Source: Octopus sinensis
Lineage: Eukaryota
Direction: 5' to 3'
Assembly (NCBI RefSeq): GCF_006345805.1
Contig: NW_021829583.1
Location: 1-33,243 of the forward strand
Length of the DNA stretch: 33,243 nt
The position numbers were made by a program, and so were the translations under genes. The notes under the pieces were generated by a model that saw only the letters and a list, made by a program, of their open reading frames with translations, searched no databases and was not told where the DNA came from. Shown here piece after piece: positions 1 through 10,836 of this stretch. Position 1 is the first letter of the stretch; every line of letters starts with the position of its first letter.

Positions 1-11
1 TATTTTAGAAC

Positions 12-506
12 ATGGTTGTGTCCATGGTTGTGTCCATAAAAGCGGGTCTTCACCCTAAAAAACTCTTGCTTTGTGACTGGTGGTATTGGAAAGGAATTCT
101 GTACTATGAGCTTCTCCCAAGTAACCAGACAATTAATTCTGAGAAATACTTCACACAACTAGATGAGTTAGAAGCAGCAATTCAAGAGAAACGTCCAGAA
201 TTGGCCAACAGGAAGGGTGTTGTTTTCCAAATTGATAATGCAAGACCGCATGTTTCTTTGAGAACCAGACAAAAATTGCTGCAGCTCGGCTGTGATGTGT
301 TACCCCTCCCTCCATATTCACCAGATATTGATCCTTCAGATTTCTACTTATTCAGGTATCTGCAGAATGGTAAAAATTTCAATTCCTTGGATGACGTAAA
401 AAGATACCTTGATGAATTCTTTGCCATGAAACCACCTCAATTGTGGGAAAAGGGTATTTTCAAGTTAAAGGAAAGATGGAGACGCATTGTGCAACAAAAT
501 GGTTGA
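12..506 (+). mobile_element. mariner (Tc1/mariner superfamily) transposase, C-terminal fragment
   Basis: ORF contains the mariner motifs W.WKGILYYELLP, DNARPH and YSPDIDPSDFYLF, and ends WEKGIFKLKERWRRIVQQNG. Homology probably continues upstream in another frame or outside the window. Confidence 0.9.
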
Positions 507-604
507 TATTTGGTTGATTAAAAATGTAACGGCAAGTATTTATTGACCTTGATGAATTCTTTGCCATGAAACCACCTCACTTCTGGGAAAAGGGTATTTT
601 CAAG
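406..604 (+). repeat. 59-bp direct duplication of the transposase 3' region (406-464 and 546-604)
   Basis: accttgatgaattctttgccatgaaaccacctca...tgggaaaagggtattttcaag occurs twice, 140 bp apart, with about 2 mismatches. Confidence 0.9.
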
Positions 605-753
605 AAGTCCAGCAGTCATCTATGCACACCAGTCCCTCTTCTCCATGCTGCCGATGTTTTTCAAGGGAAAGGCAAAGGTCGACACAGCTTCGAAGTGGTG
701 TTGGCTCAAATCAATTCTGCAGTTGAATGAACCGAAGCAACGTGAAATAAAGT
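605..753 (-). mobile_element. degenerate SINE fragment, same central domain as the 8003-8331 copy
   Basis: The reverse complement of 721-753 (actttatttcacgttgcttcggttcattcaact) matches 8099-8131 (actttatttcacgatgctccagtcaactcaact). Confidence 0.55.
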
Positions 754-1077
754 ATTTTTGTATTTCGGAATGATCATTTTGCCAGTTTAGCCAATAAAAA
801 CACACGCACTATATATTTGGTGTTACTTTGCTTCAGTGTTATTTATTTTTTACATTAATCTTAATCTTATTTCGGCCAGAATTCTTTCGTCACACTCCTG
901 TGACCGCATCAGTGGTCCTTTGCTTTTTTCTTTCTTATTTGTGTGTCTCTCCTTACTAACCGTTATTAAGATTAATGTAAAAAATAAATATCACTGAAGC
1001 AAAGTAACTCCAAATATATAGTGCGTGTGTTTTTATTGGCTAAACTGGCAAAATGACCATTCCGAAATACAACAATA
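753..1077. repeat. long inverted repeat / MITE-like element (113-bp arms at 753-865 and 965-1077, ~99-bp spacer)
   Basis: tatttttgtatttcggaatgatcattttgccagtttagccaataaaaacacacgcac...tacattaatcttaat is reverse-complemented at 965-1077 with a few mismatches. Confidence 0.85.
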
Positions 1078-1138
1078 TCTGTTTCAACACACGATTTCAC
1101 ATAAAAAATCTTGCACAACAAATAAATAAACGTACACA

Positions 1139-1535
1139 GGCGCAGGAGTGGCTGCGTGGTAAGTAGCTTGTTTACCAACCACATGGTTCCGGGTTCAGTC
1201 CCACTGCGTGGCACCTTGGGCAAGTGACTTCTACTATAGCCTCGGGCCGACCAAAGCCTTGTGAGTGGATTTGGTAGACGGAAACTGAAAGAAGCCCGTC
1301 GTATATATGTATATATATATATATGTATGTGTGTGTATGTTTGTGTGTCTGTGTTTGTCCCCCACCATCAAGCGACAACCGATGCTGGTGTGTTTACGTT
1401 TACGTAACTTTGCGCTCCGGCAAAAGAGACCGACAGAATAAGTATTAGGCTTACTAAGAATAAATCCTAGGGTCGCTTTGCTCGTCTAAAGGCGGTGCTC
1501 AAGCATGGCCGCAATCAAATGACTGAAACAAGTAC
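1139..1535 (+). mobile_element. tRNA-derived SINE (octopus-type) with central (TA)n(TG)n tract
   Basis: A-box-like gtggctgcgtggt and B-box-like ggttcagtccc; body ggcaccttgggcaagtg...gaaactgaaagaagcccgtcg; 3' module ending gactgaaacaagta. A second copy of the family is at 9846-10253 on the - strand. Confidence 0.85.
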
Positions 1536-1567
1536 AGGAATATATATATATGTCGCGTTTGTCCCTC

Positions 1568-1598
<31 letters not shown>

Positions 1599-2114
1599 TC
1601 CGTTGCTTCTCTTTCTTTTCTTTTCTCTCTTCTCTGTCACGTGACTGCTGGCCGAAATCTGCCTTTCAGCTTCTGACCAGCGTCGTGTTAACATCGTTGT
1701 TTTTCGTCCGCCGCTATAGGCATCGCCGATAAGGCTCCTTTCCTTGCGCCAGAGAAAAAAATTTGTTTGCTTGTTATCAGTCGTAAGACACTTGTTGTTT
1801 TCACCGTTAATGCTTCTGTATTTCATGTTTCTGTATTCCATTATTTTTTTGTTTTTTTATATTCGTCCCTTTTGCTGTCCTGGTGTCCGTATGCATTCGA
1901 TCCTTCTTCCAGGAAATCTACGCTCCCAGCTTAGTTTTTCTAATGCTCGTTGCTTAGTTTTTCTTGGAGGGCTGGCCGTGATCTAGTAATCTCAAGATTA
2001 ATCAGCCGAAATTACTACGATGATCCGGTTCTTGACTGAAGACTGAGGGTTTCGAATGTCCTGTCCGTGTTTATTGTATCGTCTTCTAAGAGTTATACGT
2101 TCTTGTCCATGTTG

Positions 2115-2139
2115 TATTTTTCTACATACCTTAATATAT

Positions 2140-2212
<73 letters not shown>

Positions 2213-2242
2213 ATATATAATATATACATACATACATATATA
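2115..2242. repeat. (TA)n microsatellite
   Basis: Direct reading. Similar tracts occur at 2464-2548, 6863-6927, 7380-7565, 7660-7735 ((TATG)n), 8775-8830 and 8985-9060. Confidence 0.95.
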
Positions 2243-2465
2243 TGTTGTAGAGCTGAAAAAGAGGTAATTTCTACTCTTCTCCTCTGGAAGCCATCTGCTT
2301 GCGATACCAGATGGCACACACTCTCCTACCCTGATGTAATCTCCAGGGATACTGGCATCCAGCAACAGGATCTCCGTAATGCTATGATGGACCGTGAAGT
2401 CCGGCGTAACATAGTAAATTCCACTGTCTCGACCACGGTCGAACAATGATGATGATGATGATGAT
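2243..2465 (+). mobile_element. 3' end of an RTE-clade LINE with (GAT)n tail, 5'-truncated
   Basis: The frame from 2243 reads CCRAEKEVISTLLLWKPSACDTRWHTLSYPDVISRDTGIQQQDLRNAMMDREVRRNIVNSTVSTTVEQ*. This resembles the RTE C-terminal LLLW.P...D.I..DTG...L...M.DR..WR signature. It is followed by a short-repeat tail. Confidence 0.7.
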
Positions 2466-2467
2466 AT

Positions 2468-2506
<39 letters not shown>

Positions 2507-2515
2507 ATGTATATG

Positions 2516-2547
<32 letters not shown>

Positions 2548-2762
2548 TACAGCAATAAGAAAATGGAGAGGATCAAGAGTTGGTATTCATCAACTTTTAG
2601 ACATTATATTATGACTATTTATTTTTTAAAAAAGACAATTATAGCTTTATGCATACATGTATAACATATTATGCTGTACATATATAATATGTCAAATATA
2701 GAATATAAAAATACCAGTAATTATTAAAATATATAACGTAGAGCATAGAAAGTAAAATAGTA

Positions 2763-2886
2763 TCATACGGCTGTTTCAGCCAAGAGGCCATAGTGCCCCA
2801 CTCATCTTTTATCCCTCCAGTGAACTGAAGTATTTGGTAGATAAGAATAAGGTACTTGGGTGTGTCTCTGGGCTTCGTCAGAGAGT
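2763..2886 (-). ncRNA. degenerate type-I hammerhead ribozyme motif with extended stem II
   Basis: The minus strand reads CUGACGA (2881-2875), AGCCCAGAG...~80 nt...CUCUUGGCU (stem II), GAAAC, AGCC, GUA. Stem I is only partly paired. Confidence 0.5.
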
Positions 2887-3016
2887 TTAGAAAGTTCATA
2901 AGATTAAGTTATAAATATAAATACATACATACACACTTTTACATATACATACATACATATAACTATATATAAACACATATACATATATTTAAATGTATAT
3001 GCATACAAAGGAATCA

Positions 3017-3049
<33 letters not shown>

Positions 3050-3530
3050 GAGTGAGAGAGCAGTTCATGCCATCAAAGTGACGCTGGGGTAAAATATACG
3101 AAGCCCAATATACCCATCATAACTACCCGTCTGATAAAGGTACACCAGGCACATGCATCACAACCATATTTGCGCGACATGGTGATCTCATATCAAGATA
3201 AACAGCACATGACCTTGCAGGTGGGGCCCAGTTAGAATTTTCTTCAGGTTGAGTAGCCCATCCCGCTCAAACGGTCCCTGAATAAGGGTTGTTTAAGGAT
3301 ATTGAAAGAACCACCCATGTCTCCAGAGGTGAACTATTCAAACCCCAAAGAATCCCTCTCAACACATGGCTATGATGCTCTCCCACTACTTCTGCTCGTG
3401 ATCAGAGATGCACATATCGTCAGCCACTAAGGGACATGCTCAACTGGTTAAGGTCAAACAACTGACAAGCAAATCTGTGGTATTGAGCAGAATATTTGCT
3501 GTAGCCCATCTTTTATACCAAGACAGAACA

Positions 3531-3531
<1 letters not shown>
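3050..3531 (-). mobile_element. family D non-coding AAT-associated element, 5'-truncated copy
   Basis: Reverse complement of 23840-24393 lacking the first ~70 bp. Flanked on both sides by (TTA)n; the 3' end ...ctctctcactc runs into (AAT)n on the - strand. Confidence 0.9.
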
Positions 3532-3587
<56 letters not shown>

Positions 3588-3804
3588 GTTATTATTATTA
3601 TTATTATTATTAGGTGTATTATATCATAATATTCTTATTAGATAAAGTATAAAGAGAGGTAGGAGAAAGTTATTAAAAGAAAAATAATAGTGCAATTTTA
3701 AAAATCAATGTGTCTTAAGATTATTGTAGTTATGTAGGAATAAAAATATATATACATGGGGAATATATATATGTATATACACACACACATATATATATGC
3801 ATAT

Positions 3805-3836
<32 letters not shown>

Positions 3837-3838
<2 letters not shown>

Positions 3839-4635
3839 TATATAAAAGGGCTTAGTAAAATAAATTACTTTGCCACATACTGAACTCATTAGAAATAGTA
3901 GCTAAAAAAACTTTTTTAAAACTATTTCTAATACTTAAAGAAAATCTCTCTCATATAGTGTTTGCTCAATTCAACTCACGAAAGTATGGGGGTAAAGACA
4001 TTAAAAAATCAAATGCAAAGGTTATTTGAGAACGTACGTTTCAAGATTAGTCAACTCGACATTTCTATCATCAGCTCAGAACTCCTTGGTTTGGATTTGA
4101 AAACACTGAAAGTGGGAGCATACCCTTTCGGCTTCTTATCGCTTCTGAAGATCTGCTCGAAACTAACAGTGCCAGCAAACCCAAAATATGCAAGCGAAGA
4201 ATTTCTGCTCTCCCCTTTCCACCAGCGTGGGTTAAAATCAGTAAACACTATGCTTTTTCGGTAAAATCCGAAGCATTAAATAGAGAGAGATGAATTATAA
4301 TTTCAACAATTGAGGGTAAAATTAATTAATTATTAATCAATTTCACCAAGTATTCAGTATGTAAAGGGACCATTTAAGGCGAATTCAAATTATTACATTA
4401 TATAAAAGGGCTTAGTAAAATAAATTACTTTGCCACATACTGAACTCATTAGAAATAGTAGCTAAAAAAACTTTTTTAAAACTATTTCTAATACTTAAAG
4501 AAAATCTCTCTCATATAGTGTTTGCTCAATTCAACTCACGAAAGTATGGGGGTAAAGACATTAAAAAATCAAATGCAAAGGTTATTTGAGAACGTACGTT
4601 TCAAGATTAGTCAACTCGACATTTCTATCATTAGC
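3837..4635 (-). mobile_element. partial tandem repeat (239-bp direct repeats 3837-4075 and 4397-4635, period 560 bp) carrying hammerhead motifs; Penelope pLTR / retrozyme-like
   Basis: The two repeats appear identical except one base at 4632. The hammerhead core lies at the repeat boundary. Confidence 0.75.
4027..4078 (-). ncRNA. minimal type-I hammerhead ribozyme
   Basis: The minus strand reads UGAG, CUGAUGA, UAGAAAUGUCGAGUUGACUAAUCUU, GAAAC, GUAC, GUU, CUCA. It has the full catalytic core, a 4-bp stem I (UGAG/CUCA), a 2-bp stem III closed by the palindromic loop GUAC, and an imperfect stem II. Confidence 0.75.
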
Positions 4636-5138
4636 GTTTGTGTGTATGTGAGAATGCTGTCTCTGATGCAGATATAACTGCATAAAATTAGATGCACCAC
4701 ACCTATCGATACAAATGCTTATATGCGCGTGATTAATCTGTGTGATTAGTCACGGCACACAACAAATTCACACACACACAAATGACTACAAACGTACACG
4801 TATATAATCACTCGTATCTGCATATAAAGAAATTTATATATTGTTAATTATATTCACAGGTATAAACAAACGTGCATTTAATTAGTGAAGAAACAAAATG
4901 AATTTCAATTGAAGGTAAATATAGATTGAGAAAGGGAAGCTGAAGGACAGGTGTGACATGGGTGCAGAACTCAATATTACGTGAGTGATAATAAAAATTC
5001 TAGATGGACTTCTTTATTTTGATAATGGGAAGGTAATTTTCAGCGCACCTGGTCACCTCATATAAATTTTGAATACAAATAATCAAATTTACATATTTCT
5101 CCATCTAAATTGACATACACACATATATACATATACCT

Positions 5139-5973
5139 TATCCACATCAGTTTTCTTTCCTTCTTAAGTAGATATTTTTGCAGTCCCATGGTGGTTATTT
5201 TATAGTAGTTTTCCAGCTGTATAAGGCCTCTAACACCATCAATACGTTGTATATACAACCTTTCTATGTCAGATTTTGGGTGATGCATCCTAGATCCTGT
5301 CATTATTTTTCTTGTTTTCCTATCTATTTTGGTCAATTCATTTAGTGTCCAGTTAAGGATATTGTAGCTGTAACTTATAACTGGGACAGCTAAAGTGTTG
5401 ATACCTATTATCTTGTTTTTAGCATTGAGCTCTGTTTTCAGTATTGATCTAACTCGTCTATAATATTCTTTTTTTATTTTCTCTTTCATTTGTGTGTGTT
5501 GTGTCTTATCTAGTTCATGGATTCCTAAGTATTTGTAAGTTTGGCTTTGGTCTAATTCTTTTATTTCATTGGTTTTATCTAGTGTGATGTTGCTACTCTT
5601 AACTAGTTTTCCTCTTTTCATGGTTACTTTGGCGCATTTTTCTAATCCAAATTTCATATCTATTTCTTTGGTAAATCCATGAACTGTCTTTAATAGTGTT
5701 TCCAGCTGTTTGTCATTTGCAGCGTATAGTTTTAGGTCATCCATATATAAAAGGTGGCTGATCGTTTTGCCGTAACATTTATATCTGCATCCAGTTCTAT
5801 TTAGCATATCAGATAGAGGCTTTGGTCTTCATGAGTCCCTCTTTTGTTTGGAGCTGTAGCACTGTTTGCCATTTATTCATAGAGTGCCCTATGAATTTTA
5901 TAATTGTTGGTGCTACTTTGTTAATGGCTAGTGTTTCGAGGATCCATGTGTGGGAGATGCTATCAAACGCCTT
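5139..5973 (-). mobile_element. family A R4/Dong-like retrotransposon, internal RT fragment truncated at both ends, with ~71-bp internal deletion
   Basis: Near-identical to ~12805-13730 of the full-length copy (YMDDLKL, YKYLG, MHHPKSDIERLY). The segment equivalent to ~12975-13045 (GIFQGDTLSPLLF) is missing. Confidence 0.9.
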
Positions 5974-6033
5974 ATTATTGTCATTATTATTATTATTAAT
6001 ATTATTTTATTATTATTATTATTATTATTATTA

Positions 6034-6661
6034 CTTTTTTTTCTTCTTTCAAATTTGCTTCCATTTCTTGCCGAGTGTCTTCCCGACTCCTAGGGCAAAG
6101 AAACTCATAGTATACATTGGTAGGCCATTAAACCAAACTCAATAGTTCGTTCATTTAAAAATATATATATATATATTTTAAGTTAAATTAAAATACATGA
6201 GCAACAACAGTTCTCACATCGACAATGCTCTTCTCAATACGTGTGATGTACCAGTTAAGACAATCTTTTGCACTTCTTGCAGGGATGGTAAGCCAGGGAT
6301 CATTCTCATATAATTTTCGGTTCCCTTCTTGATCATTCCTAGTGCTCCTACGATCACTGGTATTGTAACCGCCTTGAGATGCCACATTTTCTCAATTTCA
6401 ATGAGTAGGTCTTTATATTTTCTGAGCTTGTCAAACTCTTTCGCTGAGATATTATGATCACAGGGGATGCTCATGTCGATCAATAAGCAAACTTTATTAT
6501 TTTGGTCTTTCACAACAATATCTGGTTTATTGGTCTGTATGTACTGGAAAGTCCCACAGAATGGTTACATTTTCTCCTTCAGTTACAGCCTCAGGGTGGT
6601 GATTATACCACTTGTCGGCAGTTTTGATATTGTAATGCCGACTTATTAGCCAGTGTAGATT
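6034..6661 (-). mobile_element. family B R4/Dong-like retrotransposon, 5'-truncated 3' end (RLE domain and 3' UTR)
   Basis: ORF 6214-6513 (LIDMSIPCDHNISAKEFDKLRKYKDL...GTSHVLRRALSM) and the 3' UTR are near-identical to 19045-19673. Flanked by (ATT)n. Confidence 0.92.
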
Positions 6662-6665
6662 ATTA

Positions 6666-6732
<67 letters not shown>

Positions 6733-6860
6733 TACGTATTGATTTATATGATGTTTTGTTTGCTTTTCATGTTCTCACTTGTAAAATGAATAAAGAATGT
6801 AAAATTGTAATCCGTAATTTGATGAACGAGCTGAATTTGTTTCTCCATGTTCTTATTTGC

Positions 6861-6924
<64 letters not shown>

Positions 6925-7375
6925 CATATCTACTCTTCAAATAACACTTGAAAAGGATAGTGAGAGTAGAGAGGCAAGTTTTGTCAAGTGAATGTTTCCC
7001 AAAAAGATGGGTGAATGTAGCAAGGATGGCACGTATGAATGACGAAGCCACCTTGAGCATAATTCTATGAACCCGGAAATATTTAAAACAGAGGGTTACC
7101 TACTTGCAAACAAATGTGTTAACATGTGACATTATTGACCCTGGTCTATACCATAGGCTTTTCTTTCCACGGATAAATCTTATCTGCTTCCCCTTTTACA
7201 CTTTACATGATGACATTTCTCTGATACACGATCTCTCTTGATCGTTTTTTTTTCTTTCTCTTTTACGATCCCCTTTTGATCGAAAACCTACCCCACTTTT
7301 TTTCTCTCCAAAAAGAAAAGCTCTACTTTGTAATCTGTCCCGTCTGTGTGCATCCCTGTGTGGCTAATAAAGAAA

Positions 7376-7458
<83 letters not shown>

Positions 7459-7500
7459 AAATTAGAGACAAAACCACTATTATGCAAATCAAACAAAGAA

Positions 7501-7555
<55 letters not shown>

Positions 7556-7657
7556 CATATATATTTGACATAAACATTATGACTGATAAAGAAAGAATGC
7601 TCTGTCGGTGTCTCATACGTGGAAGCCGACGAGAGAATCCATCTACATATGTGTTTG

Positions 7658-7693
<36 letters not shown>

Positions 7694-7750
7694 TGTATGT
7701 ATGTATGTATGTATGTATGTATGTATGTATGTATTTGTGTGACTGTGTTT

Positions 7751-7890
7751 CTTTCCCCTCTATCGCTTCACACTGACGTTTTAGTATTTACGTCCCTGTG
7801 ACTTAGCGTTTCGGCAAAAGTGCTCGTTAGAATAAGTCCCGGGGTGGATTTGTTCGACTAAAGGCGGACTAAAGGCATGCCTGCTGTGAA
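7751..7890 (+). mobile_element. SINE 3' module fragment, same family as 1139-1535
   Basis: tttacgtccctgtgacttagcgtttcggcaaaag...agaataagtcccggggtggatttgttcgactaaaggcgg matches the 1395-1500 region. Confidence 0.7.
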
Positions 7891-8002
7891 ATCGCTGAAA
7901 GAAGGAAAAGTGTAAGAGATGCTTCAGTGATTATACTTGCAATATTTTACCACCGAAAACGGAAGAAAGATTTAAATTAATAATGATTAAAATATTCGCG
8001 AA

Positions 8003-8331
8003 AGCGCGTAGGTTAGTGGTTAGGAGTTAGGGAATAAGCTTGCGTTCGTGAGGTCGGGAGTTGGATACTCTTCGACGTGTCATATCCGTGAGCAATAAAC
8101 TTTATTTCACGATGCTCCAGTCAACTCAACTGGCAAAAATGAGATGAGTTGTATCTGTACTTCAAATGGTCGTATTTATCAAATCACGTATCACGCTGAA
8201 TCTCCCTGAGAACTACATTAAGAATACCCTTGTCTGTGGAGTACTCAGCCCTTTGCAAGTTAATTTCACGCGCAGGCTGCTACGTTGATCGGATCAGCTG
8301 GAATCGTCGTCGTCGTAAGCAACGGAGTGAC
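8003..8331 (+). mobile_element. old tRNA-derived SINE (second family)
   Basis: tRNA-like head (gtaggttagtggttagg...gaggtcgggagttggatact) and a central domain shared with 605-753. Boundaries are approximate. Confidence 0.5.
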
Positions 8332-8780
8332 AGTTATATTAATAAAAAAATTAATATTCTGGCGTACAGCGGGCCACGACCAAATGTGTATTTGTAACTG
8401 GATAAAAGACGGATGTCGAGTTGACCCCGCGGGCTTCCATGCTGGTCTTTGGCATGTTGGTAGATTATAGAGGACTATTTTTCGCCGTGACATTGTCTGA
8501 AATGTACATTTAGTTTCTCCGCAATGCTGCTAGATGTCTCACCTGTATATATCATGTTCTTCACTGTACAAGCACCCACTATGCCCATTATGCTATCATC
8601 CCTGAGAACAACATTAAAGAAAAGCATGCAGCACGGAATTTTGTCAGTGAACAGGTCATGGTCTCAAAGCGACGAAAGTATTTTGACAAATTAAATTTAA
8701 ATGTTGAAGTCAATCTAACAGTTTTGTGTGTTTCTTAAATGGCGTATAAACACCTTCCACACTGCAATTGTTTATATATG

Positions 8781-8834
<54 letters not shown>

Positions 8835-8980
8835 GAAATGAGGTACTCAGAAATTCGGATGGTTTTATATTTACAGATATTTAATTGTATATCATATGTT
8901 TTTATACATCATATAACTTAGATCATGTATTAACGCTTTCTCCCATTCTAGTGGGGTTTTCAAACCAAACTAACCACTTT

Positions 8981-9060
<80 letters not shown>

Positions 9061-9379
9061 ATGCATAACGTGTATGCGTGTATGTGTATGTATGTACAGG
9101 CTGTTCCAAAAAGATGTACTCACTCTTTGGCAGACGATGTACGGGCTTACCTCGATGCAACAAATCCAAACAAATGGAGTGGGAGGAGAGCTAGCGTTAA
9201 ATTTCCTGCATGTTCCCCAGACCTCACGCCAATGGATATCTTTTTTTTCTTATGGGGTCATCTCACGGATAAGGTTTACGCTGCAAAACCAGTGACAATT
9301 GATGATTTGAAAAATGAAATTCAAATACGATGTCTTGCAATTCCAAATGAAATGTTCGGCAATGTTGTCGAATCCATTG

Positions 9380-9680
9380 TTGTAGAGGCACATGGCCTAA
9401 AGCAGCGGACTCCCGGTCGAGAGATCGCGGGTTCGAATCTCAGACCGGGCGATGTGTGTGTTTATGAGCGAAGCACCAAAGCTCTACGCAGCTCAGGCAG
9501 AAGGTAATGGCGAAAATTCTGCTGAATCTTTCGCCACAAATTTCTCTCACTCTTTCCTCCTGCTTCTCGCAGCTCACCTGCGACGAACCGGCGTCCCATC
9601 CAGGTGGGGAACCTATACAGCAAGGAAACAGGGAAACCGGCCCTTATGAGCCAGGCATGGTTCGAGAAGGAACAAACAAC
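9380..9680 (+). mobile_element. tRNA-derived SINE (third family) with 9-bp TSD AATCCATTG
   Basis: B-box ggttcgaatct and an (aac)-rich tail. AATCCATTG occurs at 9371-9379 and 9681-9689, and the transposase frame resumes after it. Confidence 0.85.
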
Positions 9681-9845
9681 AATCCATTGCTGGACGTTAT
9701 CAGCTTTGTTTGGAAAATGAAGGAAGGCAGTTCGAATATTTGCAAACACGCAGGGATGAGAGAGAACGTTAAATAATTCTAAATGACAATAGATAATCGT
9801 TTCTACATCAATTTATTTTCCTGAATTTCAGTTAACTTTTTAGGA

Positions 9846-10253
9846 TTACTCTTTACTCTTTAACATGTTTCAGTCAATTGACTGTGGCCATGCTGGAGTA
9901 CCGCCTTTAGTCGTGCAAATCGACCCCAGGACTTATTCTTTGTAAGCCTGGTACTTATTCTATCGGGCTCTTTTGCCGAACCGCTAAGTTACGGGGACGT
10001 AAACACACCAGCATCCGTTGTCAAGCGATATTGGAGGGACAAACACAAACATATATATATATACACACACACACATATATATATATACATTTATACGACG
10101 GGCTTCTTTCAGTTTCCATCTACCAACTCCACTCACAAGGCTTTGGTCGACTCGAGGCTATAGCAGAAGACACCAGTCCAAGGTGCCACGCAGTGGGACT
10201 GAACCCGGAACCATGTGGTTCGTAAGCAAGCTACTTACCACATTGCCACTCCT
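9846..10253 (-). mobile_element. tRNA-derived SINE (same family as 1139-1535) nested between the Tc1/mariner TIRs
   Basis: Reverse-complement match to 1145-1535, with a (ttactc)n-type tail at the left end. Confidence 0.88.
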
Positions 10254-10733
10254 AATATCAATAAATATATATATGCATGAGTACTGGGAAGTCAAAGAGT
10301 GAGTACATCTTTTTGGGACACCCTGTGTGTGTATGCCAACGTTGATGGATAGATGTGTAAATACTCCCGCCCACATTATTATTTATATTCCAAACGTGCG
10401 AGTCGACACACGTGCACTGAAACCACTTTATTAAACTAAAGAACTTCATCTGGATATTTCATTATCACGCATTTTCCATTACATTGAGTTCAACTGCCAT
10501 TTCTATCCTCCCATGTTAAACCTGTTCTTTAGCTTTCTTTTCCCAAACTATATTTATCTTCAATTAAAATTTTTTTTTTTCACTAAATAAATCTGGCTTT
10601 GTATATATTTGAGCAAAAATATGTGAATTTAATTAATTCTATGTGAATTTCATTATATATAATTAAGTGCGTGTATTTATTTGAGGTTGTCCTGAAATTG
10701 AACTTGTGGTCCTATTGGTAAAATCCCAAATTT

Positions 10734-10734
<1 letters not shown>

Positions 10735-10813
<79 letters not shown>

Positions 10814-10836
10814 AAGAAGAAGAAGAAGAAGAAGAA
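10735..10836 (+). repeat. (AAT)n followed by (AAG)n at the 5' junction of family A
   Basis: Direct reading: about 16 AAT units followed by about 17 AAG units. Confidence 0.95.

Larger units (their letters stand above)
9097..10325 (+). mobile_element. internally deleted Tc1/mariner element with 33-bp TIRs and nested SINEs
   Basis: TIR CAGGCTGTTCCAAAAAGATGTACTCACTCTTTG (9097-9129, preceded by TA) matches the reverse complement of 10293-10325 at 31/33 positions. Transposase remnant: FPACSPDLTPMDIFFFLWGHLTDKVY...IDDLKNEI, resuming after the SINE as IAGRYQLCLENEGRQFEYL. Confidence 0.88.

Noticed and set aside
2030-2065. CTGAAGA...GTTTCGAA hammerhead-like words
   Set aside because: CUGANGA and GAAAC are on opposite strands, so no complete core can be assembled. 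The surrounding 1630-2110 region is probably an unclassified interspersed repeat that I cannot support further.
4143-4175. CTGAAGA-TCTGCTC-GAAAC on the + strand
   Set aside because: Stem II cannot form and the putative cleavage triplet is GUG; likely chance.
3962-4264. 100-aa ORF across the direct repeat
   Set aside because: No RT or GIY-YIG motifs; probably incidental.
3837-4635. TRIM / LTR-retrotransposon interpretation of the direct repeats
   Set aside because: No TG...CA termini on both ends, and no PBS, PPT or TSD was found. The hammerhead at the boundary fits a Penelope/retrozyme structure better.
4927-4988. Possible small host exon (tag|ATTGAGAAAGGG...ATATTAC|gtgagt)
   Set aside because: It has a good donor but no polypyrimidine tract, no recognisable peptide and no partner exons; unsupported without RNA-seq.
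6767-7060. 97-aa minus-strand ORF with a non-repetitive N-terminus
   Set aside because: No recognisable motif, and it runs into a (TA)n tract.
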